NCBI GenBank assembly: GCA_951406725.2
Contig: OX597834.1
Span: forward strand, 9,548,001-9,612,000
Source: Octopus vulgaris
Taxonomy: Eukaryota
Length of the DNA stretch: 64,000 bases
Reading direction: 5' to 3'
Made by a program: the position numbers and the translations under genes. Shown here one piece after another: positions 27,876 to 40,559 of the stretch. Position 1 is the first letter of the stretch. Every line of letters starts with the position of its first letter. The notes beneath the pieces are model-generated. The model saw nothing but the letters and a program-made list of their open reading frames with translations, ran no database searches and was not told where the DNA came from.

Positions 27876-27976
27876 GGATAGATGTATTTGTATACATATT
27901 CATACAGACATTGATATACACTGCTCTTTCTCTCGCATTTACTCACATATAAATGTGATGTACATATCTACCTGTA

Positions 27977-28023
<47 letters not shown>

Positions 28024-28589
28024 GCATGCACTCACATACATATATATATATATATATATATGTGTTTGTTTGTATGTATTACATGTAAGTGTGTGTATCT
28101 ATATTTCTCTATATGTCTGTATATAATAATATACATTGATTGATATTAAATCGTGTGGGTTTTTTTATGCCGCACTCAAAATTACTTTCGATTGAAATAT
28201 AATCATTAGCCAGAAATGGAAAACGTTTTTCGTTCATTTATTAATTAAAAATCAAACTTGTGTTCACTTTTAATATATTTTAGTACGTTTATATGAAATA
28301 CAACACATTAGTTGTGTTTCTATAAAGCACAATTAAGACCATGACTAACATTCAGTGAAAACGTTTGGAAAAAGCAATATTTTATTCCAGCTTTCGACAT
28401 CAGTCATTCTTACCAAATGATACTGTTTCTGTTATAACTAATACTGCTATTACGCTGAACTGAGTGAGAATTATGCCAATTATATGAACTTAAAGTGTAA
28501 ATTATTTCGTCCACTCGTTATAGATGGCTATCATATGTGATCTCGGAGTGGTGTTGCAACGAAGAACATACAAACTCGGTAGTAATGTT

Positions 28590-29420
28590 GATTTGGAATT
28601 TTGGCTCAAGGCCATCAAGTCCAAGTCGGAAGGCAAGTGAATTACCTCGGCCCCAGTTCTCAAATTATTTTATCGACCCTGAAAGCAAAGCAGGTCTTGG
28701 AAGTATTTGAACTCAGAACGTAAAGACAGAATTCCTAAAAGCATTTTGCGAAATGTCTTAACGATTCAGCCAAGTCTCCGACTTAGAAACTCCGTATTAA
28801 TATAAGATATTTTATCCGATTCTCTGTTACTGATTATCCACTGTCCGGATTATACCAATACATCTATCGAGTTTAGGTAGAAAGCCACTGGTATCAAGCG
28901 GAAAGTGTTAATTGGTTACATCGACCCCAGTACTTGACTGGTACTTTGCGTTCTGTATTTCAAACGGGTGATAATCGAAGTTGACCTCGGCGCGATTTGA
29001 AGTGAGAACGTAAATATCAGAATTACCGCAAATTATTTTCTCCGCGACTCTAAAGATTCTGCCGCCTTAACGACTCAGTAATCCTTTCTTCTATAGATAC
29101 GAGGTCAGATAGTTTGGGGTAACGGTTCGAGTCGATAGCCTCAACCCCAGTGTGCTCAATTAATACTTGTTTCATTGATCCTGGAAGAGTAAAAGGTAAA
29201 GTCGACACACAGAATGAGAAGAGGCATAGTGCAGCAATGTTGTCGCGAGAGGCTTGAGCCGGTTACATTGCCCCCCAGTGTACGACTGGTGCGTATTTTT
29301 TGTACTCCGACATGATGAAAGCTAAAGTCGACCTCAGTGACATCTCAACACGGCGCGTAAACAAACAGACCATATATCGCCAGACATTTTTCCGACGTCA
29401 AACTCTTTGCGCGCTTGATG
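28590..29420 (-). mobile_element. Cluster of four degraded SINE family B-like copies
   Basis: CCCCAGT...GAAAG..AAAGTCGAC-type blocks recur near 28650, 28925, 29145 and 29272, all in the same orientation. Confidence 0.7.
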
Positions 29421-29605
29421 ACATTTTTTATTGATTTTGAATCTCAGAAGCCAAAGTGCTAATTGAATTTTTACTTTTTTTTAATGTAGCAGTATTACCA
29501 AACATTTGATAAAATCATAGCATATGGCATACATTTTTATAACTAACATTTTATAATTGAATAAGCAATGAAAAGGCGTAGAAAATAACTCAAACTCAGT
29601 CGTTT

Positions 29606-29893
29606 TGAAAACCTCCCCCTTAGTGAAAGCGGAGGCATTTTTTGGCCTCATGACTAGCAAGAAGTAATTAGATTTTGGGATGGATCCGGTACCTGACAAG
29701 GAATCTGGATTATTTATCCTGATATTTTACTTAATTTTTGGGAGCGGTCGGGTTCATTTTTGGTATTCTAGCTTGTGAGGGCAGTCGAGTTTTTCTCAAA
29801 TATTCTTATTTAAGAAAATCATCTCTCGCTAGTCGTTGAGAGGGCGTTGGTGTTCCCTTGACAGAGGTTTGCGTATTCTGAGTGCTCTTGTTT
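29606..29893 (+). mobile_element. Helentron-associated (DINE-1/HINE-like) non-autonomous element
   Basis: 5' ACCTCCCCC with nearby inverted partner GCGGAGG, 3' subterminal TTGACAGAGGT followed by short hairpin GCGTATTCTGAGTGC and T-run. Confidence 0.55.
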
Positions 29894-30579
29894 TCTATTA
29901 TTCTTCTACAGCAATCTTTTGTAAAAGTTAAATGAAACCTTTATTATTAAAATACATTCATTTGTTAATACGATGAATGGGATAACCTTTTAAGCCACCT
30001 TAACATCAGGTCCAACTAGAAATAGCAGCTAAATCCTACGTTACCGGTTTAATACTTGATGTACTTCTTGAATCGCGTTTCTCTGTTGAATAAAAACAAA
30101 GATCATACGCACCAATGCCTCGATGACTGTTTATGTTCGATCGTATTGACATCAGTGAGTCTCTCTTGCAAGGCGAGTAAGTTTAGTAGACTTTTTCAAC
30201 TGAGATTTTTAGTTTTACGCTCACAAACATAAATAAGAAAAAAATGTAAAATACACACAACATATGTGCGTGCGCGTGTTTGTGTCTGTGCGTGTGTTAT
30301 GCTATAGAACGTTGATACAATTACTCAGATTATGAGGTAGCTCTTTGTATTTTAGTATTTTAAAATTCGGTTTTGTTTCGTTGGGAATTGGGAATAATAT
30401 AACGTAAGAAATATATAATTCATTCTTTTGAACTTTTCTTCGTTTCATTTAAACCAGTGAGTATGGCAGCTACTTTCCAATCGTATATTATTTGACTGAA
30501 ATATACGAATATTTATAAAATACCCAAATTATCCTTCATAGATATGCATTCCTGTGTGTGTTTTTGTGTTTGTGCATGA

Positions 30580-30631
<52 letters not shown>

Positions 30632-30656
30632 TATTTGTATTTATGTGCTGAGTGTA

Positions 30657-30713
30657 TTCCACTGATGAAGGCAGAGCATTTTTTATACAAAGTCAGAAAT
30701 CCGGGATCTAGAA
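30657..30713 (+). ncRNA. Minimal type I hammerhead ribozyme motif
   Basis: UUCCA-CUGAUGA-A-GGC(19 nt)GUC-A-GAAA-UCC(G)GGA-UC-UAGAA: intact core, AUC triplet, helix I 4 of 5 paired; starts about 35 bp after a (TA)n tract. Confidence 0.65.
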
Positions 30714-30877
30714 ATATCCAGTAATTTTTTTACCAGTTTATTTTGTCTCTTTGTTTTCTGTCCTGGTGCTATATGAACATTTAATGTGGTCTAAGAGTCA
30801 AGTTTTGACTGCTATTTTCAGTGTGGTGGTATCTCTTAAATACCCCAATTTATAATTATAATTGTAAATAATTATTC

Positions 30878-31098
30878 GAGCTAGGCAGAAACGTTAGCAG
30901 GCCAGGAAAAATGCTTAGCCGTATTTTGTCTGTCGTTACGTTGTGAGTTCAATTGCCGCCGAGGTCGACTTTGTCTTTCATCCTTTCGGGGTCGATAAAT
31001 AAAGTACCAGTTACGCACTGGGATCAATGTAATCGACTTAATCCCTTTGTCCTTGTTTGTCCTCTCTATGTTTAGCCCCTTGTGGGCAATAAAGAAAT
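30878..31098 (+). mobile_element. SINE family B
   Basis: GCCGAGGTCGACTTTGTCTTTCATCCTTTCGGGGTCGATAAAT...AGCCCCTTGTGGGCAATAAAGAAAT. Confidence 0.9.
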
Positions 31099-31189
31099 AT
31101 ATTACATTTGAAAGGCTTTAGTCCCATGCCGGCCACTTGACAAGATGGATATTTAAATTTCTATCTTATCCTTATCTTTATTTATATAG

Positions 31190-31248
<59 letters not shown>

Positions 31249-32370
31249 ATTGATAGATAGATAGATAGATACATAGATAGATATACAAACATTCATAAAT
31301 ACACATATATTGAGTCTGATATGAAGGGGACAACTCATTAAAATCATATTGCAATCTATATCTGAAAATATGTTCGATATCTATAAAAGAAATCTCGGTA
31401 GCAACGTATAGTTTCCATAATAGACAGAATGGTTTACTTATATCCTCCCCATCCAACAAAATTTATTTCTCATAAAGATCATCAAATCAGTTTTTCTCAT
31501 AATCCTTGGCACAGGCTAATCGATCAGGACAATTTAATCTGAAGATTGCAGCAAACATATCCCATATAAAAATTCATTTCTAAAATTATCCAGAATAGTC
31601 ATTCCATTATAGAACGTTAGTAATGTAGAAATGGAATGCTTAAACTGTTTTCGTGCGACAAATGGATTTGTTTTTTTTTTGTTGGATAGAGTTTTATCCT
31701 TCTACGAATATCTGATAATTAAATTTCTGGTCCTCATCTTAGCCACCGAGAAATCTGACGCTAAAATTGTTATCGACAAACAACAAGGAAACAAAAGGAA
31801 ACACCTAATTTTTATTTTTCATTCAGCTCATCGTCGTTGAAATAATTTAACAATAAGAATATCAATCGTAGTCCTTCATGGAAGCATAAATTGTGTTTGA
31901 AATATTGGCATTAAATTTTGACACGAGTGCAGCAATATTAGTAGTTGATCTCATCGTTTGCTTTTTGTTTTATATATGTTGCTATTAGGTTAGACATGGC
32001 TTCTGCCAATCTTTTGTCGAAACATATCTAACACATCCAAGTCATCTAAGTTATCGCTGATTTACTAATTTTATACGTCACAGGAATATGATTTCATGGA
32101 AGCTCGACAGCTATTTCTAGCAGGTTTAATCAGCAAATCACTTGGTTTCTTTCTTCTTTTCATATCAAGAATGTTGAAAAATCAACCAGCATGCCTTGGC
32201 CATTGTATATCCCTGGAATTTTTTCTAAAGGGAAAATAGACGATGTGCTTCATATCGAAATACCTTCGGTTAAACAATTTTTGCTAAATCGAAGTTGGTA
32301 GAAATTTAAACATTGCCAAAATAACCGTATGCCTCATAAGCTGTCTACTCCGGTTCCATTGTTGGTAGAC

Positions 32371-33509
32371 AATAATAATAATAATGGTACTGCAGGCTAC
32401 AACAGAACAAATAGCATGGTACAGTAGGCTTCAGATTGCAAGCTCTACTCATGCTAGACTTCCAACAAAACCTTAATTAAAAGCTATGTAGCGAAATACG
32501 ACCTCATATAAACATTCTTTATTCTAGACGGGAGATGGCGATTTTACTGCGCATTGTAGCACAAAGATTTTTTTTTAGCTAGTTGGGGCAAGGTATGTAT
32601 CGGATCTGCTGGTTGATATAACTATAATCCAGATACAACAGACATGCCAATAAGATACAGCTTTCCTATTGATTTTTCCTACTGTTATGAGCTTTCGATT
32701 TGTGTGTAAATAATTAAAACAACACAAAAATTGCTGAGTGTTTTGTTTGGTTTGATAATGTTTTGATAAGTTTTGATCACATGGTATATCAAGATATACT
32801 TGAACTGAGCTGAAAAATTTATTTCCTCTCAGATGGAGGGTCAATCATGAAACGCCAGATTACTTTTCAACCAGCGCCATATCAAGTTATCTAAATTCAT
32901 ATATTTACTATATTGAAAATTTACTGTCTGTCACTAGCAATTAAACATCAATATGTAGAGAAATGACAGGATTTAGGGTTAAGATAAATATCAACGTTTC
33001 TGGAGTCTTCATTCGTGGTGTGTTATACATAAAGTGAATTTGATTAGTTAAGTGTCTGTGTTATGTTTCGTTTGATGTTATCAAACTAAACGTTCGGAAT
33101 CATGCACACATGTGCATTGTGTTAGGAATAAATTGCAATACAAATGCATCCAAATAACTATTGCACTTTGGATATTACTTTGATATCATACAGTCATACG
33201 AACATCTTTCATTTCAAGTTTATTTGATGTCTTCCAGCCTCAGACTAACTAGTATCATTGCTTTAACTGAGAAGAAGAAGAAGAAGAAATAAACAGAATT
33301 ACTGCTCCTAAAAATCTATAAGTGGTTATTAACGAACAGAAAGATGGTGCAGTAATAGTTAGTGATGCTAAATTAATTAAAACATGTGTAGTAAACACAT
33401 TATTAATTAGATAGTAATAACGTCAGTTACCTAGATCATTAAGGATTCGAATATCAGATTGCTCTAAGGATATGACGCTAGTCCATTAAATTTAATTCTT
33501 CTTTATTTC

Positions 33510-33544
<35 letters not shown>

Positions 33545-33846
33545 CAAAAACTGTGGCTTGCAAAGATTCTCTGTTGTATGTGGATTATAAGTAGATTAAC
33601 CAGCAGATCCGATACATACCTTGCCCCAACTAGCTAAAAAAAAAAAAGCTCTTTGTGCTAGAATGCGCAGTAAAATCGCCATCTTCTGTCTAGAATAAAG
33701 AATGTTTATATGAGGTCGTATTTCGCTACATACCTTTTAATTAAGGTTTTGTTGGAGGTCTAGCATGAGTAGAGCTTGCAATTTGAAGCCTACCGTACCA
33801 TGCTATTTGTTCTGTTGTAGCCTACGGTACCATTATTATTATTATT
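32371..33846. repeat. Young long inverted repeat pair (arms 32371-32642 and 33570-33846, ~0.93 kb spacer); possible foldback/long-TIR element
   Basis: Arms are reverse complements over ~270 bp with scattered substitutions; both outer ends are (AAT)5; no TSD or transposase seen. Confidence 0.9.
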
Positions 33847-34078
33847 TTATCATTGAAATTTTAGATCGATTAAGTTTAAACAAGATAGTTCTCTAAAGTA
33901 CACAAAATTCGTTGCACTGAAAAATGATTAATACATTTTAAATACAGATCCAAGACATTTGATACCTAAGTTTACCTAGAAATCTAAGATGATTACTACG
34001 TTGAGGTGATCCGCAAATATCATGAAGAAACATTCCAGGCGCACCAAATTCAGATTAGCTTTTCATTTTATTATACCA

Positions 34079-34454
34079 CTAGCAGTATCGCCCGGCGTTG
34101 CTCGGGTTTGTAAGGGAAATAACTATATAAACATTTTTAGAGAGTTATAGCCAAAAAATGGAAAAAAATGGTAATTTTGTTTTTAAATCGTTGACTCGTA
34201 GACATTTTTAGAGAGTTACTTCCCTTATATAATAACGAAAAAAATGCATTAAAAATGGGGAAAAAATTATGGTAATTTTTCTTTTAAATCGTAGACTCAT
34301 CGTAGACGCGCGCTAATACCCTAAAGGGCTCGATATGAATCACGACTATAAGATACCCGGTTTTGGTTAAACTGCACCGCAAAATGTGGGAGTAGTTAGG
34401 AATCTAAATCGTAGGAGACAGACACTCACACAACTTCACTTTTATATATAACGA
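34079..34454 (-). mobile_element. Non-autonomous Helitron
   Basis: Minus strand TC(GTTATATATAAAAG) start, CCCGAGCAACGCCGGG hairpin, CTAG end, A|T insertion site; internal imperfect duplication of ACATTTTTAGAGAGTTA...TTTTAAATCGT. Confidence 0.8.
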
Positions 34455-35229
34455 TATAACCTAGCGGAAGCAGTAATCGCTGTTGTGATCCCAAACTCTG
34501 ATCTGGACAACAGGCGCTCTACTTGCATTACGTTGTAAATCACTGATGTAAAATATTTGTTCTCCAAAAATAATAGAATAAAATAAAAAATTCTCGCTGT
34601 TTCCATTCGAGAGGACTAGAGACAACTAAATGTCTTCTGAGTATTTGCTAACTAGTATTGACTACTTTGTATACCAATAAGTTGACGTGGTGATATTTAT
34701 ATGGTTGGTTAGCATACAAGATAATAAACACTCTGTTCTCAGTTAAGTCACTTAAATAAGGAAATGTTATATATCACTAAAAACATTACCTGCGCAACAC
34801 AACAACAGAAACAGCGAAAAATGGAAGCACAGAAAAGAAAACAGTTATAAAACGAAATCTGACACTTTATTTAGAAACGAATGTTATTTATGCTTTATTT
34901 TTAACTTTGAAAATATGTATTTTACATATAAAGACACGTTTGTGTTCTAATCAAATTTATTACCTGTTAGATTTGTACAACTTATGAAATTAGTTGTATT
35001 AGAATTTTTAATCGCACCTGCTCAATGACAAGTAAATATTTTATTAACAGAAAATTTACGATAGTCGCACACTGTGCATACACTAAGAGTCTAGACAACA
35101 TTGTCTGAATACCATGAATATTCAAATAGCTATTAAACATACGACTGAAGTGGTAGAGTCAGGGACTTGTCCAAATTCTTGACCATAGAAAGGTAACTAA
35201 ATGCGAAAATTACATATATATATATATAT

Positions 35230-35452
35230 ATATACTTTATTTTAAGCAGCAGAAAATTCAACAAAATCTGTTACTCTGAGTTTCTCGTTGCCGTTCATCA
35301 GACAGTTTTTGCTAGAATGAACGGCAACGAGAAACTCAGAGTAACAGATTTTGTTGAATTTTCTGCTGCTTAAAATAAAGTATATTACTCTACCACTGGT
35401 ATTTGAGTACTCTTTTTTCCACCTTGTTTCACATTTATGTGTTTACTCCGGT
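35230..35452. mobile_element. PLE-like inverted pLTR fragment: perfect 69 bp palindrome plus tail, embedded in (TA)n
   Basis: 35230-35298 is the exact reverse complement of 35317-35385 (18 nt spacer); TA tracts on both sides; contains a hammerhead. Confidence 0.8.
35268..35305 (-). ncRNA. Minimal type I hammerhead ribozyme motif
   Basis: Minus strand CUGU-CUGAUGA-A-CG(GCAA)CG-A-GAAA-CUC(A)GAG-UA-ACAG: 4 bp helix I, GNRA-capped helix II, GUA triplet. Confidence 0.8.
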
Positions 35453-35475
35453 CTATATATATATATATATATATG

Positions 35476-35703
35476 TTCTTTTATTCTTTTACTTGTTTTA
35501 GTTTTTTGACTGCGGCCATGCAGGAGCACCGCTTTTGGTCGACCAAATAAACCCCAGGGCTTATTCATTGTAAGCCTGATACTTATTCTATCGGTCTTTT
35601 TTGCCGAATCGCTAAGTTACGGGGAAGTAAACATGCCAACTTCGGTTGACAAGCGATAGTGGAGGGACAAACACAGACACACACATAAACATACATACAT
35701 ATA

Positions 35704-35760
<57 letters not shown>

Positions 35761-35861
35761 AGTAGTTGAATGAATTATCTTATTATGGATAATTCGAATT
35801 AACCGATACCTGGGTAGCAAATTTTGTTAATTCGTCGTTCAACTCCATTCTTTCATATATT

Positions 35862-35900
<39 letters not shown>

Positions 35901-36045
35901 GAAGGGCTTTTTCTCAGTTTCCGTCTGCCAAATCCTTTCACAAGCCTTTAGTCGGCCCGTGGTTATAGTAGAAAACACTTGCCCACTGTGTCACTGTGTC
36001 ACAGAGTCATGTGATTGGGAAACAATCTTCTTACTACAACATTTG
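35476..36045 (-). mobile_element. SINE family A, split by a ~95 bp insert in its internal (TA)n
   Basis: 3' half 35476-35700 and 5' half about 35897-36045 match family A; 35759-35855 does not. Confidence 0.8.
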
Positions 36046-37107
36046 CTTTATAAACTTTAGCTCCCAAAATGTTAATCGATCATAGGTTACTGTAGAAGAT
36101 ATTTACCGAATGCTGTGCACTGTGTCTGCATCGAACAAAGAATCACTTGCTACCGAAGCAATCTGCTTCTACTTAATGTTCTTGCCTGCGCCCGTCCTCT
36201 ACAAAATATTATAAATCGGGACGTTAGACAGATAAATCCAAATGATGTAAGGTGTTTGATTGATGCGGCTCATTCGTTGCTAGCACTCCCTTTTCCCCTT
36301 TGTCATGAAATGTAATATGATCGAAAGCTTTCAAAGATTTTAACTGTGTTTCTTTACGCTTTTGAAATTGTTGACAGACACAAAAGAAATGTATTAACAA
36401 AGGAAGAAAATAGCAAAGGAAAAAGAAAGGGAAAAGACGAGAATTGACAGAATAAATGATTGAATGAATGAGAGAATGAAAATACAAAATACAGAAGATT
36501 AGAGTTAAATGAAATGTCAGAGGAAGGATAATAAAATGCCTTTAAATGTTATCGATCGAGATGGAATCTCCCAAGATGTTATTGATCTGCACAGACTCCT
36601 AATCCTAACCTGGTTTATTCATGTGATTGCGTACATGACCCATAGGATGATAATACTTTGACTAACAATCCTTCTCAGACGATTTATTCGTGCACGAATT
36701 GTCTAAAATACAAATAATAGATGAATGGCTTTGAGGCGAACAAAAGAGAGGAAGACTTTCACTTCGCAGTTTTGTATCCTAAAATAATAGCGTATATTGA
36801 AATATCTGATTAGGAGCTTTCTAAGCTGGAACTGTTATACGACAAATACCCTCCTTTCAGAGGATTTAGATGATATATTAATCAATCACTTTTATAAGAT
36901 CAATATCAATGATCATTGACATTGTTTACGTTATGAATTATAGAGTTCAATTAGTTTTCAGTTATTTATAGCACTGTGCTAGATTTTTGCCACATATTTT
37001 TCTGCTAGTATCTTATGAACTGATATAATTTTATAGAGTGTTACCGTCACTGAATCGATATCGTGTCATGATAATAATACAATAATGGTAAATATAACAA
37101 TAATAAT

Positions 37108-37318
37108 GGTTTTAACATTTGGTACAAGGCCACCAGGTTCGGGTTTAAGGGCAAGTCGATTACACCGATCCCTGCGATCAAACAGTACTTATTTTACCGA
37201 CCCCGAAAAGATGAAAGGCAAAATTGACTTCGGTGGAATTTGAAATCAGAACGTGAGGGCAGACGATAGAATGCTAAGCATTTTGCCCTGCGCCCTAACG
37301 ATTCTGCTAGCTTGCCTC
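37108..37318 (-). mobile_element. SINE family B-like
   Basis: GACCCCGAAAAGATGAAAGGCAAAATTGACTTCGGTGGAATTTGAA...CTAACGATTCTGCTAGCT. Confidence 0.8.
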
Positions 37319-37368
37319 ATTTGTTATTGTTGTTATTATTATTATTATTATTATTAATAATTATAAAA

Positions 37369-37471
37369 CCCGAGGCTATAGTAGAAGACACTTGCCCAAG
37401 GTGCCACGCAGTGGGTTTGAATCCGGAACCATGTGGTTTGTAAGCAGGCTACTTATCACACAGCCACTCCT
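37369..37471 (-). mobile_element. SINE family A, 5' fragment
   Basis: CCGAGGCTATAGTAGAAGACACTTGCCCAAGGTGCCACGCAGTGGG...CACACAGCCACTCCT. Confidence 0.85.
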
Positions 37472-37476
37472 ATATC

Positions 37477-37503
<27 letters not shown>

Positions 37504-37507
<4 letters not shown>

Positions 37508-37645
37508 CGAGTGTACAGCAAACTTAGCAGGAAAAGCGAGAGAACAAAAAACCAGCGTATTTGTTTGACGCCCGAGAAAAATGGAAACGTTTTAGAAGCC
37601 TTGAGCTTACGGTCTTCGATAGAAAGGGATGACAGAGAGAGAACA
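37504..37645 (-). mobile_element. Decayed member of the GAGC/GCTC hammerhead-fragment family, abutting (TA)n
   Basis: Minus strand TTTCTATCGAAGACCGTAAGCTCAAG...GGGCGTCAAACAAATAC...TACACTCGAACT; homologous to 41580-41700 and 19165-19320. Confidence 0.6.
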
Positions 37646-37895
37646 TGTCGGAATTAATGGTTCCATGTTGCTTGCTTACAGATATGCATTGTTGTCTGCG
37701 TTTATTTACAAAGCAAAGGATTTATCCGTAAATGACTGAGAGAACCACTACGAAATTAGGTTATTTATATAGTTTCCTAAATATCAGAAATAATTTACAT
37801 TCTATTATATGTAATGTATTTATTTGATTCTTTCATCGTATTTGTTACAGTCGTCATCATCATGTCTGTGATCATCGTCGTCATTATGAGAAATA

Positions 37896-37949
<54 letters not shown>

Positions 37950-38399
37950 ACTTTTGTTGAATTTCAATAGCCAATTTGCTTATGTCTCTCATTAGTCTCT
38001 CATAAAATCGCAAAAACTCACATTTATTCCATGTTAGAAGTAGAGAGTAATATTTTCGGCTTTAGTAACACTGCATTTCTGTTACTTTTCACTGATTGAC
38101 AATGGTTCATTGTATTACGTTCGAAAATAGGACTAACATCTGTTACGTCGAACTCCATTTTAATTTTAGATTCAAAACGAATGATTTTTTTTTAATTCTA
38201 TATTTTACATTTTATTGTAAAAAGCGAATTCGATGAAAATAATATTTACGCATGATGAAATTTATACCATTTGAATGACTAAGTGCGAATGACTATTTCA
38301 AGTCAATAAATTTTAATTTGATAAAAATCTATGCAATTTATGTATATTGTTGAAAGTTATCTAACTCTCTATCTATCGATATGACTGCGTACCTCTCTC

Positions 38400-38405
38400 T
38401 ACATC

Positions 38406-38446
<41 letters not shown>

Positions 38447-38544
38447 TATATATATATATATATATATAGGTATATTTTTTGACATTTATATACATTTCTA
38501 TTGATATATTTATATATATATACTTATATATTGATATATATATT

Positions 38545-38584
<40 letters not shown>

Positions 38585-38626
38585 GACGAACATTCATATA
38601 TATACATATGTATTGATATATATATT

Positions 38627-38662
<36 letters not shown>

Positions 38663-38889
38663 GATATACACACACACACACAGACGAACATTCATATATA
38701 TACATATGTATTGATATATATATATATATATATAGATATATACACATACATTGATATGCATTGATATGTATATACATATATAAGGAGAGAGAGAGAGAGA
38801 AATTCATACATACATATTCATCTGTATATATATATATATAAATATATATCGAGCTTGCATATATACTTAGTAATGTATACATCTTATAC

Positions 38890-38931
<42 letters not shown>

Positions 38932-39050
38932 GTGTGAAAATTATACATTTTTATCGTATATGTATATACACACACTTACGTGCACACAGACGCACACACA
39001 CATACACTCACACATATATATATACATACATTCGTCTGTGTGTGTGCGTA
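38400..39050. repeat. Compound microsatellite with a duplicated CACAGACGAACATTCATATATATACATATGTATTGAT unit
   Basis: Unit at about 38579 and 38677. Confidence 0.85.
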
Positions 39051-40503
39051 TATTTACATGCATATTCGCATTTACTAAAATCCTGCGACTAGTACAAACG
39101 TTTCCCTCATAATTGCTGTCTTAATTACCAAGAATTGAGGTAAGTAGTTCATGAATTCTATACGATTCATAAGCAATCTATACAACAAAGTGTTTGCTAA
39201 TTTGCAACGTAACTTAATTTTCTCAACCACTTTCCCATTGTAAGTAGTTGATAAATACGACCGATTTTGTTTGTTCATGGAATTGTCTGTTTCGGTTTTT
39301 AAATTCAAGCCTCCATTTCAGTAGTTGTGTTAAATGCCACAATTATTAAGTAAATTATACCAACAGTAAACTGCAGTAGCATTTAATTGAGGAATTGCGT
39401 CTGTTTCTGCGAGTTTTTGCATGTTTGTGGTTTTTTATGTGGAATTCTGTGCGCGTTGTTCCCTTTCTGCTTTCTGTACTACTTTAAACATTTTCACTTC
39501 ATGACATAAAACCTGATGGAATCTACAGCTTAACAAATTTTTTGCAACCAACACTACTACTACTTCTACTACTACTACTACTAGAAGTAGTAGTACTACT
39601 ACAGCTGCTGCTATTAAAACTATGAACTTTATTATTATTCTCAATGGCTCCACTGCTATCATCCTCATTATTTTGCTAAATATGTCATACCCTCTAACTA
39701 CATTGATTTGAACATGCTAGAAATGCCCGCGTCATATTAATGTATATTCAATGTCCTTCGCTGTCTAAGTACTTATTATATGCATAGATATCTTATACCT
39801 TATATCTTAATGCGGTTATCGAACCCATTACCCTCTTTGGTCACTCATACAAAGTTAATTTATTCACGGCTATCCTGATAATTATGTTTTTGTAGGTAAA
39901 GCTAGAATGCGAGATATGTGATTTTAGACACGAGCGCGTAATATGCTAACGGGTTAGCTGCTATTTCTCGCAGGATATATTCCCATGCAGCATATTAGTG
40001 TAACAAGCTGGTATAGTGTTTCGCGTGTCGGATGTTTAGTTACATTTCTCCCAGCTCTTTACATCCAGTTTTCTCTTTCATCCATTCATCGGTAGAACCA
40101 GTGAAACACTGGAGTCATTGCAATAGACACTTACTTCCCGTTAATTTTTTTTCTGGTTTTGTCCCAAAATTTGAAACAGATCTTCAAGTAAAATAGACGC
40201 AATCTAAAGCTGAAACCGTCGTGTCAAGAGTTTCAACAAGATTCATGAATTTACATGTTCGCTGACAATAGGTTGAACCAACAGACACTATGGTTCGTTT
40301 AAAACGCTTTAAGATATACACGCTATCTTCTTAACTCTATACAAAGCGAAAGGTTTTGCAATTAACTTTTACTTTTAAAGAATATAAATGAAAAACTCTG
40401 TGCATATTACATTGAGTACTTTCACAGACACACACTAATACAGACGCAATGAATCACAAATATTCAAACACGCACACACTATATATGTGTGTATATATAT
40501 ATA

Positions 40504-40559
<56 letters not shown>

